Program-made: the position numbers and the translations under genes
Part shown: one piece after another, positions 1 to 8,368 of the stretch
Layout: each line of letters begins with the position of its first letter
Numbering within the stretch: position 1 is the stretch's first letter
Notes under the pieces: model-generated
The model's input: only the letters and a program-made list of their open reading frames with translations
What the model was told of the DNA's origin: nothing
The model's database searches: none
Virus record (IMG/VR): IMGVR_UViG_3300030047_000014
Location: 32,001-96,000 of that record
Strand: one strand, 5' to 3'
DNA: 64,000 nt
Source of the DNA: a virus

Positions 1-433
1 CTCTCTCCATAACAGCTCCAAAATCTTGTTTGAGAGGGATAAAAGACTCTTTACCAGCTTTCATTATCCATACACCTTCTCCATTGTAAATAATCTTACT
101 GGCAAGCATTGTATCTCTAACTTCTTCAGGAAAAAAGTTATAATTATACAGAAATCCTAAATCAAATAAAATATTGTGTCCAATAAGTATCTTTCTTACC
201 AAATAAGGAATTACTTCTTCAAATGTATAATTTTTGTTATAAAGAACAATTAGATAATTATTTGATCCAGTTCCTATCTGGCAACAAAATAAATCATGAA
301 TTCTTGCTTTAAGTCCTGTAGTTTCTGTATCAAATGCTATTACTTTAGGAAGAATCATCTCTTCAAGAGTACAATAATTGTAATGTCCTAATTTTTCAAA
401 AGGTTCTCTTTCTTTAGCCACTATGTAATTCAT
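1..433 (-). CDS. DNA polymerase, N-terminal 3'-5' exonuclease domain, family A type (partial, runs off the left edge)
   Basis: Manual translation from ATG at 433: MNYIVAKERE...IAFDTETTGL (ExoI) ...IGHNILFDLGFL (ExoII) ...RDTMLASKII; open to window edge; absent from the ORF track. Confidence 0.85.
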   Translation of the reverse strand, partial: MNYIVAKEREPFEKLGHYNYCTLEEMILPKVIAFDTETTGLKARIHDLFCCQIGTGSNNYLIVLYNKNYTFEEVIPYLVRKILIGHNILFDLGFLYNYNFFPEEVRDTMLASKIIYNGEGVWIMKAGKESFIPLKQDFGAVMER

Positions 434-647
434 CTTTTAAGATTTTATAGTTATTAATTTTTTCTTGCCAATCAGGAAATTTCATGAATTCTAGTACCAA
501 CTTATTTAATTCAATATCACATTGAGTACATAAAGGTCTGAACACATTACCATCAGAACAAATCTGCCACTGATATTCTGCCTTGGCATTACATCTAAAA
601 CATTTTAATCTCTTTATTCCAATTGCTGTATATGGTTTCCTTCTCAT
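414..647 (-). CDS. Small zinc-finger hypothetical protein
   Basis: CFRC...CTQC pairs; 3' end overlaps the polymerase start. Confidence 0.65.
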   Translation of the reverse strand: MRRKPYTAIGIKRLKCFRCNAKAEYQWQICSDGNVFRPLCTQCDIELNKLVLEFMKFPDWQEKINNYKILKDELHSG

Positions 648-651
648 TGTC

Positions 652-1047
652 TTACAATCCTAGTTTTGTTCTAATCTCCTTGTAAAATAATTGTTTCTCT
701 CTTACAGAATCTACTCCTTTTTGATAATATACTATCATATCTCCAGGAAGATTTATATAACTTCCTATAACTTCAAGTGTTTCATTAGGAAATAGTTCTT
801 TAGCAAGAACAGAAAATGTTTGACGAGCATAAACAAACTTTCTTCTACGAATACCTGATTTAGCTTGTTCTACAGATATATTTGATGCATTACATACTTC
901 TCTAAGAAGATCCTCCAAATTATTTAATACAGGAGAATAACTTACAAGCAAAGCCTCTTCAAGTTTACTTATAAGAGATTTCGTAGCAGAAGAAGGTAAT
1001 TCAGCAAGTTCTGCTGCTTTTAATATTACTTTTAAAGAATATGTCAT
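652..1047 (-). CDS. DnaA C-terminal (domain IV)-like helix-turn-helix protein
   Basis: RRRKFVYARQTFSVLAKELFPNETLEVIGSYI resembles the DnaA domain IV pattern R.R.IV.ARQ.AMYL.RE.T..SL..IG; start moved to MTYSL (1047) because the ATG at 1071 lies inside a terminator hairpin. Confidence 0.7.
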   Translation of the reverse strand: MTYSLKVILKAAELAELPSSATKSLISKLEEALLVSYSPVLNNLEDLLREVCNASNISVEQAKSGIRRRKFVYARQTFSVLAKELFPNETLEVIGSYINLPGDMIVYYQKGVDSVREKQLFYKEIRTKLGL

Positions 1048-1060
1048 AATTATAAAATAT

Positions 1061-1093
1061 AAAATCCCCATCCTTCACTAAGAAGGACAGGGA
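1061..1093 (-). terminator. Putative intrinsic terminator
   Basis: Minus strand TCCCTGTCCTTC-TTAGT-GAAGGATGGGGA followed by TTTT. Confidence 0.6.
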
Positions 1094-1138
1094 CAAGTAG
1101 TAGTATATGTTGTTGTAGATAGCATATGTAATTAAAGC

Positions 1139-1351
1139 TCAAATATATTTAAACCTTTTTACTTTTGCAACATGTTCCAGGTATTCTTCTGAAGGAGTAT
1201 AATAAAACTTTCCATCCTTCTTTATCACTCTATCTACTTTTTTGATCATTAATTGTGTAATGAGCTTATTGGTAACAGAGTCTGTTGGAGATTCATAAAC
1301 TGAAGGTTCCAACGTACATTGATTTGATCTATAAACTAATTGTGCTTCCAT
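1139..1351 (-). CDS. Hypothetical protein
   Basis: 70-aa ORF, TAATG-coupled to the upstream gene. Confidence 0.6.
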   Translation of the reverse strand: MEAQLVYRSNQCTLEPSVYESPTDSVTNKLITQLMIKKVDRVIKKDGKFYYTPSEEYLEHVAKVKRFKYI

Positions 1352-1815
1352 TATTTCTCAAATATTCTATCAAAAGTTTTTGTAAGTTTCGAAAAAACCT
1401 TGTACAGTATCTCCTTATAGTTATCAGGAGATTCATTTAGAGGTGCTTCAGCTATAATACTATCGTATATTCCTTCAAATTCCTTAGGAAAACCAAATTG
1501 AAATGTAGCAAATGTATTATCAAAATCATCATCATAATCCTTAATGTATGTAGGCGTTGCTCTTAATTCAGCTATTTCTGCTTTATAATCTTCTCTGTTA
1601 TTTCCTCCTACTCTTGTATAAACACTAATAACTTTTTTAGTTATGTCATATACTTTAAGAGGAATACCAAATTGATCAGTTCCATCTTTACTATTTGATA
1701 ATTCTCCTAAGAAACAATCCCTAAATCTTGGATACTCATCTGAATGTTTTCCTAATACAGGAAGAATAAAAAATGTAGCAGGATTTACTCCATTTATCAT
1801 GTTATATAAACTCAT
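1351..1815 (-). CDS. Hypothetical phage protein
   Basis: 154-aa ORF with overlapping start/stop junctions on both sides. Confidence 0.75.
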   Translation of the reverse strand: MSLYNMINGVNPATFFILPVLGKHSDEYPRFRDCFLGELSNSKDGTDQFGIPLKVYDITKKVISVYTRVGGNNREDYKAEIAELRATPTYIKDYDDDFDNTFATFQFGFPKEFEGIYDSIIAEAPLNESPDNYKEILYKVFSKLTKTFDRIFEK

Positions 1816-2024
1816 ACGTGTTTTTCTTTATTACTTTTTATAGTTCTTTTACATTGATTAATAGCCATATCAATACTATCTGAATTCATTTGATTAATGG
1901 CTTGATCAATATTATAATTTAAATGCTCATGACAAAACATTTTTTTAAACATCATCTGTTGAGCATGTGTACATTCCAAGAGTAATTCTTTAAGAGTTAC
2001 CTTAGCAGAGTCTTTCTCTTTCAT
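1812..2024 (-). CDS. Hypothetical protein
   Basis: 70-aa ORF with ATGA overlaps. Confidence 0.65.
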   Translation of the reverse strand: MKEKDSAKVTLKELLLECTHAQQMMFKKMFCHEHLNYNIDQAINQMNSDSIDMAINQCKRTIKSNKEKHV

Positions 2025-2137
2025 TTGTATCTGTTTTTAGCTCGTCCTTCATGATGATCATTATCTGGAGATGTATAAGCCCATATCCATAACACCAGAA
2101 TAATAACAATAATGACAATAATAATACAGATTTTCAT
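2021..2137 (-). CDS. Small single-TM membrane protein (38 aa)
   Basis: MKICIIIVIIVIILVLWIWAYTSPDNDHHEGRAKNRYK; ATGA overlaps at both ends. Confidence 0.6.
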   Translation of the reverse strand: MKICIIIVIIVIILVLWIWAYTSPDNDHHEGRAKNRYK

Positions 2138-2360
2138 ATGAAATAGTCTTGTTTAGAGTAATCAAACCATCCTTCCTCTACACATTCTATCCTAGTAAGC
2201 TGTCCTGTATAGTTCATATAATTATCCCAGTCTTCAGCACAATGAAATACTATGAAAGGATTTAAAGTCTGATTACTGAATGACTTTATTATTCCATTCT
2301 GAATTTTATATTCATCACAATTCTTCCGGGAGTATAATGTACTTTGTCTCCTATTTTCAT
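2134..2360 (-). pseudogene. Frameshifted small hypothetical gene (pseudogene or 1-nt sequencing deletion)
   Basis: MKIGDKVHYTP from ATG 2360 continues after a -1 shift at CCCGG (~2328) as KNCDEYKIQNGIIKS...CAEDWDNYMNYTG...YFI* to TGA 2134; ATGA overlaps at both ends. Confidence 0.6.
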
Positions 2361-2635
2361 GGTAATTGAATTAAAAATCCATCATCATCTGTTGTTACTT
2401 TAATAGCAGGAGAGAAATAAAGATCAGTAATCTTTCCTTCTTTCTGTGCTTTTCTTAGTATTTTTTGGGTATTAATTATTGGTTGAGGGGTTTCATATCC
2501 ACCTTGCTGTGCAGAATTATTATCATGGATAATATACAACCCTATCTTATATACCTGGGAAGTCATTGAATGCTCTTTACCATCCTGTTTAAAAGAATGA
2601 AAGGCACTATATTCCCATACTTTTTTCTTTTTCAT
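2357..2635 (-). CDS. Hypothetical protein
   Basis: 92-aa ORF with ATGA overlaps. Confidence 0.7.
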   Translation of the reverse strand: MKKKKVWEYSAFHSFKQDGKEHSMTSQVYKIGLYIIHDNNSAQQGGYETPQPIINTQKILRKAQKEGKITDLYFSPAIKVTTDDDGFLIQLP

Positions 2636-3060
2636 TCTATGAATTCTTTAAAGATGATTGTCTCACTTACAATACAACCTGCACTATTCTTAAAATAGTT
2701 TGAACCTTTTGGAATAATGAATTTTCCAAATGTAGCATAAACTCTACTTCCTTTGTTAAAACGCTTCTTATCAAGTGTTGTAAGAGCATGAAAGCCTGAT
2801 CTAACCATAGCATAACTGTTTGTTAGCTTCCATTTATATTTAGTTTCTTTATTATCAAATGCTACATCACTATTATTATAATCAAAATTTACATTATATG
2901 TCTTACCAAGTTCATACTTAAAGGACTGAAAAGGGGATACAAATTGATTCCCCTCTAAACTATCTAAGCCTGCTTTATACACTACAATATCTTCTTTTGC
3001 TATAGAAGGCTTATTCATTTTTCTTAATGGTATTACTGTACACATATTATTGATATTCAA
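2632..3060 (-). CDS. Hypothetical protein, paralog of 3047-3505
   Basis: Shares MCTVIP, IAxxDIxV(Y/F)K, GFHALTT, FIIPxG, CIVSxxIIF with its neighbour; true start may be the internal MCTVIP. Confidence 0.8.
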   Translation of the reverse strand: MNINNMCTVIPLRKMNKPSIAKEDIVVYKAGLDSLEGNQFVSPFQSFKYELGKTYNVNFDYNNSDVAFDNKETKYKWKLTNSYAMVRSGFHALTTLDKKRFNKGSRVYATFGKFIIPKGSNYFKNSAGCIVSETIIFKEFIE

Positions 3061-3505
3061 TTAGTTTGTTAAAAATAATTTGATCACTTACAATACAATC
3101 AGCTTTATTTTTATAATAAAAAGCTCCTGCAGGAATAATAAAGCTTAAATAAGCTATTTTTTTACTAATACCGATCCATCCTCTTGATAAATGAAGTCTT
3201 TCTTTATTATAGGTAGTTAATGCATGAAAACCTGTTGCTACATAAACAGGGTTTTCTAAGCTATTTTTATAATCTGCTTCAATATTATCAAAGTAACTAG
3301 TGGTTCTAGTAGTGGAGAAATTTGTTTTAACGACTACTCCTTTGATATATTTAAAACCTTTTATAAATGCAGCTTCACATTCCTGTGGATCTTTCTCATT
3401 ATAGAGATATTGCTCATTATTAATATATCCTATCTTAAAAACCTCAATATCCTTTTCTGCAATATGAGGTTTACCATTTTCACTCATTGGAATAACTGTA
3501 CACAT
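3047..3505 (-). CDS. Hypothetical protein, paralog of 2632-3060
   Basis: Same motif set as the neighbouring ORF; tandem duplicate. Confidence 0.8.
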   Translation of the reverse strand: MCTVIPMSENGKPHIAEKDIEVFKIGYINNEQYLYNEKDPQECEAAFIKGFKYIKGVVVKTNFSTTRTTSYFDNIEADYKNSLENPVYVATGFHALTTYNKERLHLSRGWIGISKKIAYLSFIIPAGAFYYKNKADCIVSDQIIFNKLIEYQ

Positions 3506-3509
3506 GTTT

Positions 3510-3800
3510 TTATTTTCTATAAAGATTTAAAACTTCTTCAGAACATTCTACACATTTTAGAATATTCTCTTTATACAATACTTTATCTCCCTGTTGTTCT
3601 ACAAAATCAAGTCCTTTTTCTTGCCAATGACAATATATACACCAATCATGTCCATATCCTTTCTTAGCAAGCCATAATAGATTCTTATTCTGTAATCTTG
3701 GGGCTGATTCCATATCTAATCCCTCAGGACTATTAGGAAGAATACCTGATGCGAATATCTTTCCATCAGGTATTTTGTTGAATTCTTTTAATGTTAACAT
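3510..3800 (-). CDS. Hypothetical protein
   Basis: 96-aa ORF in co-oriented array. Confidence 0.7.
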   Translation of the reverse strand: MLTLKEFNKIPDGKIFASGILPNSPEGLDMESAPRLQNKNLLWLAKKGYGHDWCIYCHWQEKGLDFVEQQGDKVLYKENILKCVECSEEVLNLYRK

Positions 3801-3874
3801 GATTCCTCTGTTTCTATTATAGGAAAATCTTCATCTTCCTGATCCTCATCTTCATCATACAATAGATTTGCCAT
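3794..3874 (-). CDS. Very small acidic peptide (26 aa)
   Basis: MANLLYDEDEDQEDEDFPIIETEESC; exactly fills the gap between neighbours. Confidence 0.45.
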   Translation of the reverse strand: MANLLYDEDEDQEDEDFPIIETEESC

Positions 3875-3878
3875 AACT

Positions 3879-4241
3879 TTAAAGTATTAATTTACCAAAT
3901 TTAACTTTCCAATCTTCAATTTCATATATTCTTACTCCATGAATTTCTTCAAGCTTCATACCAAAGAATCTACTCCAGGTTATTCTATAACAAGGAATGT
4001 TATGCTTTAAAGCATATTTAAGCTCTTCATAAACTCCTCTACCAATATATCCTTTGTATGAATGAGCAATAACAGCTTCACAACTCTTTATAGCTTGCAA
4101 ATAAGGCTTCATTGAACCAAGCTCTCCCATCATAGTATTAGGATCAAGAACATCTATTCCTGCATCCCGCATAGCCTTCATAAGAGCTCTTTCTAAAGGC
4201 TTACCATAAATCATTTTACTGTGTGCAAAGTATGTTTTCAT
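3879..4241 (-). CDS. Nucleoside 2-deoxyribosyltransferase (NDT)-like protein
   Basis: YFAHS N-terminal strand, VLDP, IKSCEAVIA, GRGVYEELKYALKHNIP (GxxxE.gyA...gkP pattern). Confidence 0.65.
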   Translation of the reverse strand: MKTYFAHSKMIYGKPLERALMKAMRDAGIDVLDPNTMMGELGSMKPYLQAIKSCEAVIAHSYKGYIGRGVYEELKYALKHNIPCYRITWSRFFGMKLEEIHGVRIYEIEDWKVKFGKLIL

Positions 4242-4243
4242 GT

Positions 4244-4426
4244 CTAAATTAGTTTTAGTGCTTCTTCAATAGCTAAAGTATATCCTTCATAAAGTTTATT
4301 AGTATCATGCCATTCATTATAGAAGATTAGGTCTCCCTGACCATCAAAACCAAGCTTCTTTGCTCTTACTTCTCTTGCTTTCTTATTATACCGTCTGAAA
4401 GCTGATAATAACTCTTTATTTGTCAT
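4244..4426 (-). CDS. Hypothetical protein
   Basis: 60-aa ORF. Confidence 0.55.
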   Translation of the reverse strand: MTNKELLSAFRRYNKKAREVRAKKLGFDGQGDLIFYNEWHDTNKLYEGYTLAIEEALKLI

Positions 4427-4449
4427 ATATATAAAAATTAATGATTACG

Positions 4450-4485
4450 AAAAAAAAAGAGTGAGGACATAATCCCCACCCTCTT
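4450..4485 (-). terminator. Intrinsic terminator
   Basis: Minus strand AAGAGGGTGGGGA-TTATG-TCCTCACTC followed by a long T run. Confidence 0.75.
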
Positions 4486-4515
4486 AAACAAATGTAAACA
4501 TGGAAAAACAATCTT

Positions 4516-4848
4516 CTATGGCTTTACAGCCTCCTGATTAACAGCTTTAACACTATTCACCTGAGAAGGTAAATAATGCTTAATTGGTTTGAGCCAATGT
4601 TTCACTACTTTACCTTTTTTGTCAGTAATCTTGCACTTAATCCACTGTACAACTCTTACATATTTGGAATCTTTGAGCACTGTAAGATGAGGACCAGGAG
4701 AATTACCTTTAAACCTGGGCTCATTTTTATATGCCCTGCGAGATCTTCTGTTTTCATCATAACTGATGTAATCATGCTCAATAGCATTGATACATATACC
4801 ATTCTTGTTAAATTTTTTCTTGTACGGAACATTTGTTGCTGGATCCAT
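4516..4848 (-). CDS. Basic hypothetical protein
   Basis: 110-aa K/R-rich ORF followed by a terminator. Confidence 0.65.
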   Translation of the reverse strand: MDPATNVPYKKKFNKNGICINAIEHDYISYDENRRSRRAYKNEPRFKGNSPGPHLTVLKDSKYVRVVQWIKCKITDKKGKVVKHWLKPIKHYLPSQVNSVKAVNQEAVKP

Positions 4849-4913
4849 TTTTTAAATTTTAAAGTGATTAATTAATTACAATTATAAGAAAGTTTTAAAC
4901 ACTATTTGATTAC

Positions 4914-5174
4914 TTACCATTTTTCTTCTATTTTAACAAGTTTATAACCAAAATCTTTAGCACCATCATTAAACATGTCAATACTAATTTGTCCCACAGC
5001 ATAGAAAGGTGTTATAGGTGCAAATTCAATGATAATAGCTATTATAGGTCTTTCACCTATTGCACCATTTTCTTTAAAATGTATTTGTGTAGGTTTACCT
5101 TCAAAAAGATGTTTTCCATTGTCTTCTAATTCTATGGCTTCTTTACCCCAGTTAAATCCTTGAAATGGTTTCAT
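4914..5174 (-). CDS. Hypothetical protein
   Basis: 86-aa ORF. Confidence 0.65.
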   Translation of the reverse strand: MKPFQGFNWGKEAIELEDNGKHLFEGKPTQIHFKENGAIGERPIIAIIIEFAPITPFYAVGQISIDMFNDGAKDFGYKLVKIEEKW

Positions 5175-5403
5175 TTTGTTTATTTTTTAAAATTTCTTTT
5201 TTCCTTAAATTATGCTTTGTAGTTATCTCAATGAGATCAGATATATTTGTCCAAAACAACTTATTAGTTGTTCTTGTGCCTAGCAGAGCTCTAGAACCAT
5301 CAATTTGTTTTAATACAAATCTCATAGTTTTATTGCTCTGCCATTTTACATGATAATTACATCCTACTACATATTCTTTTTCCAGAACATTAATCTTTTC
5401 CAT
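5152..5403 (-). CDS. Hypothetical protein
   Basis: 83-aa ORF. Confidence 0.65.
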   Translation of the reverse strand: MEKINVLEKEYVVGCNYHVKWQSNKTMRFVLKQIDGSRALLGTRTTNKLFWTNISDLIEITTKHNLRKKEILKNKQNETISRI

Positions 5404-5424
5404 AGTGATGATGTAGATTAAGTT

Positions 5425-5619
5425 TCATAATAATGGTATTAAGAATAAAATAGAACCATTCATGGCAAACCCCAGAAAGAATAAAGCAAGTCCAAAACAT
5501 TCTAATTGCTTATTCCCTTTTTCAGAACCATACAGGCATAAACATGCTCCTATCATTACCAAATAATTGCCTGCTGTTAACAAGCAATTATAGGTTTTGT
5601 CTTTTAATGTTATCTTCAT
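5425..5619 (-). CDS. Small two-TM membrane protein
   Basis: Two hydrophobic segments separated by EKGNKQLE. Confidence 0.6.
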   Translation of the reverse strand: MKITLKDKTYNCLLTAGNYLVMIGACLCLYGSEKGNKQLECFGLALFFLGFAMNGSILFLIPLL

Positions 5620-5771
5620 ATTGAAGCATTCAATAATAAAGATAAATCAACTGTAGATATTAACTGTGAAATAGCTAATATCTTTTTTTGTTGATGTAAT
5701 ACGTTTACATTAACACTACTTTTCTTCATGTCCATGATTGCTTGTTTCCTTGGGGATGTTTTAGTTTTCAT
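5616..5771 (-). CDS. Small hypothetical protein (51 aa)
   Basis: MKTKTSPRKQAIMDMKK...LLNASI; ATGA overlaps at both ends. Confidence 0.55.
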   Translation of the reverse strand: MKTKTSPRKQAIMDMKKSSVNVNVLHQQKKILAISQLISTVDLSLLLNASI

Positions 5772-6124
5772 TTTTGTGCCTCCCTTTTCTCCTGAGCTGA
5801 TAAGTACTGATAGTTACGCTTTGGTTTTACAAACTTTGGTTTATGCTGAGTTAATTTGATTACCATTAATTGGCTCTCCATTAATATAGCGTTATCTTTT
5901 GGTGTTCTTACTTCAACCAATAGATCTACTGTTACATACTTAGGATGTACAGTTGCCACTCTTACTATCCAAGAAGATCCAGGAGCTACAAATTCTTTTG
6001 AGGATCTTTCGATAAATCCTACCATGTTATTAACACGACAGACTGGTCTGCCACCATTTTGATTCTTAACAAAATCAACAGTGATCTCATCTCCTTCTTC
6101 AGGAGCAATTTTAAAATTTCTCAT
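5768..6124 (-). CDS. Stand-alone TRAM-like (OB-fold) putative RNA-binding protein
   Basis: EGDEITVDF...GGRPVCRVNNMVGFI...APGSSWIVRVATVHPKYVTVDLL resembles the TRAM consensus G.GVA..dG.vvFV...lPGe.v.v.i......a. Confidence 0.6.
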   Translation of the reverse strand: MRNFKIAPEEGDEITVDFVKNQNGGRPVCRVNNMVGFIERSSKEFVAPGSSWIVRVATVHPKYVTVDLLVEVRTPKDNAILMESQLMVIKLTQHKPKFVKPKRNYQYLSAQEKREAQK

Positions 6125-6146
6125 TTTTTTTTACTTTTTTAAATTA

Positions 6147-6362
6147 TTAATCTCTACCATGAAAATCGTCAGCAAGCTGCTTGTAATAAAATTCATTTCT
6201 TTCCAGATACTGTTCTCCACCATTAGAGGAGTTAATAATATCTGATTGTAGCATCATTGCATCTCTTATTTCAAGCAATTTAATATGATCGGATGATCTG
6301 CATGCTTGCTTATTAATAAGCTCTTGAATGAGCTGTATTGGTAATTGAAGTTTATTCTGCAT
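6147..6362 (-). CDS. Hypothetical protein
   Basis: ORF 6147-6443; likely start MQNKLQ (6362) avoids the long overlap with the upstream gene. Confidence 0.55.
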   Translation of the reverse strand: MQNKLQLPIQLIQELINKQACRSSDHIKLLEIRDAMMLQSDIINSSNGGEQYLERNEFYYKQLADDFHGRD

Positions 6363-6561
6363 CTTCTCTGATATTATAAACATTTTCATTCCAATCTTCT
6401 TCAGAGGATTTGATTTCTCTTTGAATATGATCTTCAGGATCAAATTTCAAATCAACTCTGGCTTTATAAATACGTGTAGCAATATGCTTAGACAAAGCAT
6501 ATTTTATAGTGATAAGCTCATCTAATGAGCAATCTTCTAATTGTTGAAGAATAGTATTCAT
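6352..6561 (-). CDS. Hypothetical protein
   Basis: 69-aa ORF, ATGA overlap with the upstream gene. Confidence 0.6.
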   Translation of the reverse strand: MNTILQQLEDCSLDELITIKYALSKHIATRIYKARVDLKFDPEDHIQREIKSSEEDWNENVYNIREDAE

Positions 6562-6818
6562 AATCCTGCTTTTATTTGTTCAAGCATAGCATTTGTAAGC
6601 TTTTTGTCATAAGCTTTTGTTGCATATGACATAGATGTCACATATTCACCCTCAGGAGTATCTTCAGATTCTCTTCCAATGTATTCAACAGAATTCTCAT
6701 TCATTCCAAAGAATTGTAGATTCCTCATAGAACCAAGAGTCAATTTGTCTTCAGTAGTTTCAGCTTCAACCTTCCAACCTACTGTTTTTCCTTCATCCTC
6801 AATTAATATTACTTTCAT
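6558..6818 (-). CDS. Hypothetical protein
   Basis: 86-aa ORF. Confidence 0.7.
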   Translation of the reverse strand: MKVILIEDEGKTVGWKVEAETTEDKLTLGSMRNLQFFGMNENSVEYIGRESEDTPEGEYVTSMSYATKAYDKKLTNAMLEQIKAGL

Positions 6819-6819
6819 A

Positions 6820-7029
6820 TCACCAGTATTTACGAAATGATTTTAATTTCTTTTGAGTAGGCTTACTCATAGCAATAACAAATAAGCCCATAATTCCTCC
6901 AAATATTAATGAGAGGATAATATCACCTGGAAGTAATCTTCCATAATTGTAGCATCTAATATCATATATGGAGCTACTTACTCCTATGATATACCATATG
7001 AAACCAAGAACAATTAGAATTGTTTCCAT
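6820..7029 (-). CDS. Small two-TM membrane protein
   Basis: Likely start METIL (7029); two hydrophobic helices and a basic tail. Confidence 0.6.
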   Translation of the reverse strand: METILIVLGFIWYIIGVSSSIYDIRCYNYGRLLPGDIILSLIFGGIMGLFVIAMSKPTQKKLKSFRKYW

Positions 7030-7040
7030 AATAATATAGA

Positions 7041-7154
7041 TTAAACTGCTCCTAATTTCATACATGAAAACACTGCTATTATCAGTATAACAGCAATAAT
7101 AAGCATCCACCAATCAGCAGATAGTGGATAATCAAGCCAGGATTTCTTTTTCAT
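7041..7154 (-). CDS. Small single-TM protein (37 aa)
   Basis: MKKKSWLDYPLSADWWMLIIAVILIIAVFSCMKLGAV fills the gap. Confidence 0.55.
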   Translation of the reverse strand: MKKKSWLDYPLSADWWMLIIAVILIIAVFSCMKLGAV

Positions 7155-7157
7155 AAT

Positions 7158-7880
7158 TTAAAGATTTTCGTTTATCCATTTCTCTAATCCATCACCTCCA
7201 GGAAAGAAAGTATTTCTTTTATATGATTGAACAACATGAATAGCTGTTCTCATCATTAATCTTTTAACTTCTTCTCTTGTCCAAGAATCTTTAATAGATT
7301 TGATATTGATAGTATTATCAGTAAGTTTTAATACTAATTTCTCTGATGGATTTCCTAACATGAAATTAGAAATATCATCTGAATGAATCTCTTCATATTC
7401 TACCATTACTTTCATAATAGGAGTATGATTGTTATAAGCCTCAATAAAGCTTTTAACAAAGGGATAAGTCATTTCAGCAAGATGAAGATTTGTATCAGTA
7501 GAAGCAATTATCTTTTTAGACCAATCAGGATTATATCCTACAAAGTCATTATTTTCAATACCAATCCATTTATTAAAAATGGAAGTACATTTATATAATG
7601 AATATACAGGAATACCATTATTCTGATCTTTTCTATCTCTATCATCAGTTACAAACCAATCACCTTCTTTAATCTCTTCATCAGAAGTAATATAAAGATG
7701 TTGAAAAGGAATTGCTGAAACAAAATCACCAAATTGTTGATGAAAAACATACATATCAACTAATTCTTTATCTACTAATTGAAGTTTATTGTTGTCACTT
7801 CTTGTAGAGATCATTCCAATTTGAGGTGCTTTTTCACTTATAGGAAGCAGTACACATCTACATTCTTTAAATATTGACAT
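7158..7880 (-). CDS. Hypothetical phage protein
   Basis: 240-aa ORF with QHLYITSDEEIKEGDW and KKIIASTD motifs. Confidence 0.8.
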   Translation of the reverse strand: MSIFKECRCVLLPISEKAPQIGMISTRSDNNKLQLVDKELVDMYVFHQQFGDFVSAIPFQHLYITSDEEIKEGDWFVTDDRDRKDQNNGIPVYSLYKCTSIFNKWIGIENNDFVGYNPDWSKKIIASTDTNLHLAEMTYPFVKSFIEAYNNHTPIMKVMVEYEEIHSDDISNFMLGNPSEKLVLKLTDNTINIKSIKDSWTREEVKRLMMRTAIHVVQSYKRNTFFPGGDGLEKWINENL

Positions 7881-7891
7881 AGTCTTTATTT

Positions 7892-8368
7892 TTAAAGTTT
7901 ATTTAATTCATTTATATATGCTTGAGCAGCATCTTCTTCTTTATTAAATCTTCCTAAGAATTTATTCTTACCATCAATTCTTATTTCACTCCTCCATTTT
8001 TTACAAGAAGATTCCCAAGAAACTCCTGTAAATGTAGAAGTACTTATACTATCTTTAGAGTTATTAACTCTTTGAGTAACTATTTGAAGATTCTTATAGT
8101 AGTTATTTAACTTATTATTATCTCTATGATCAACTACTAAATATCTACCATCTCTCTTTTGATCAAGAAAATAATCAGCAACTAGCAGATGTATAAGTAA
8201 GTGAAACTTCTTACCATTTTTTGATAAATGTGCTTGCAAATAACCATCTCCAACAATACTAGGTTTAAGAAGTTTTCCTCTTTTGTTTTTAATTCCTCCA
8301 TAATTAGAGATTTGATAAAATCCTTCATAACCTAGTATATCTTTCCATTCTTCGTAATCTTTATACAT
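7892..8368 (-). CDS. NUMOD4-HNH-AP2 homing endonuclease
   Basis: EEWKDILGYEGFYQISNYG (NUMOD4), HLLVA...VDHRDNNKLNN..NLQ...N (HNH), FTGVSW..KKWRSEI...LGRF..EEDAAQAY (AP2). Confidence 0.9.
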   Translation of the reverse strand: MYKDYEEWKDILGYEGFYQISNYGGIKNKRGKLLKPSIVGDGYLQAHLSKNGKKFHLLIHLLVADYFLDQKRDGRYLVVDHRDNNKLNNYYKNLQIVTQRVNNSKDSISTSTFTGVSWESSCKKWRSEIRIDGKNKFLGRFNKEEDAAQAYINELNKL

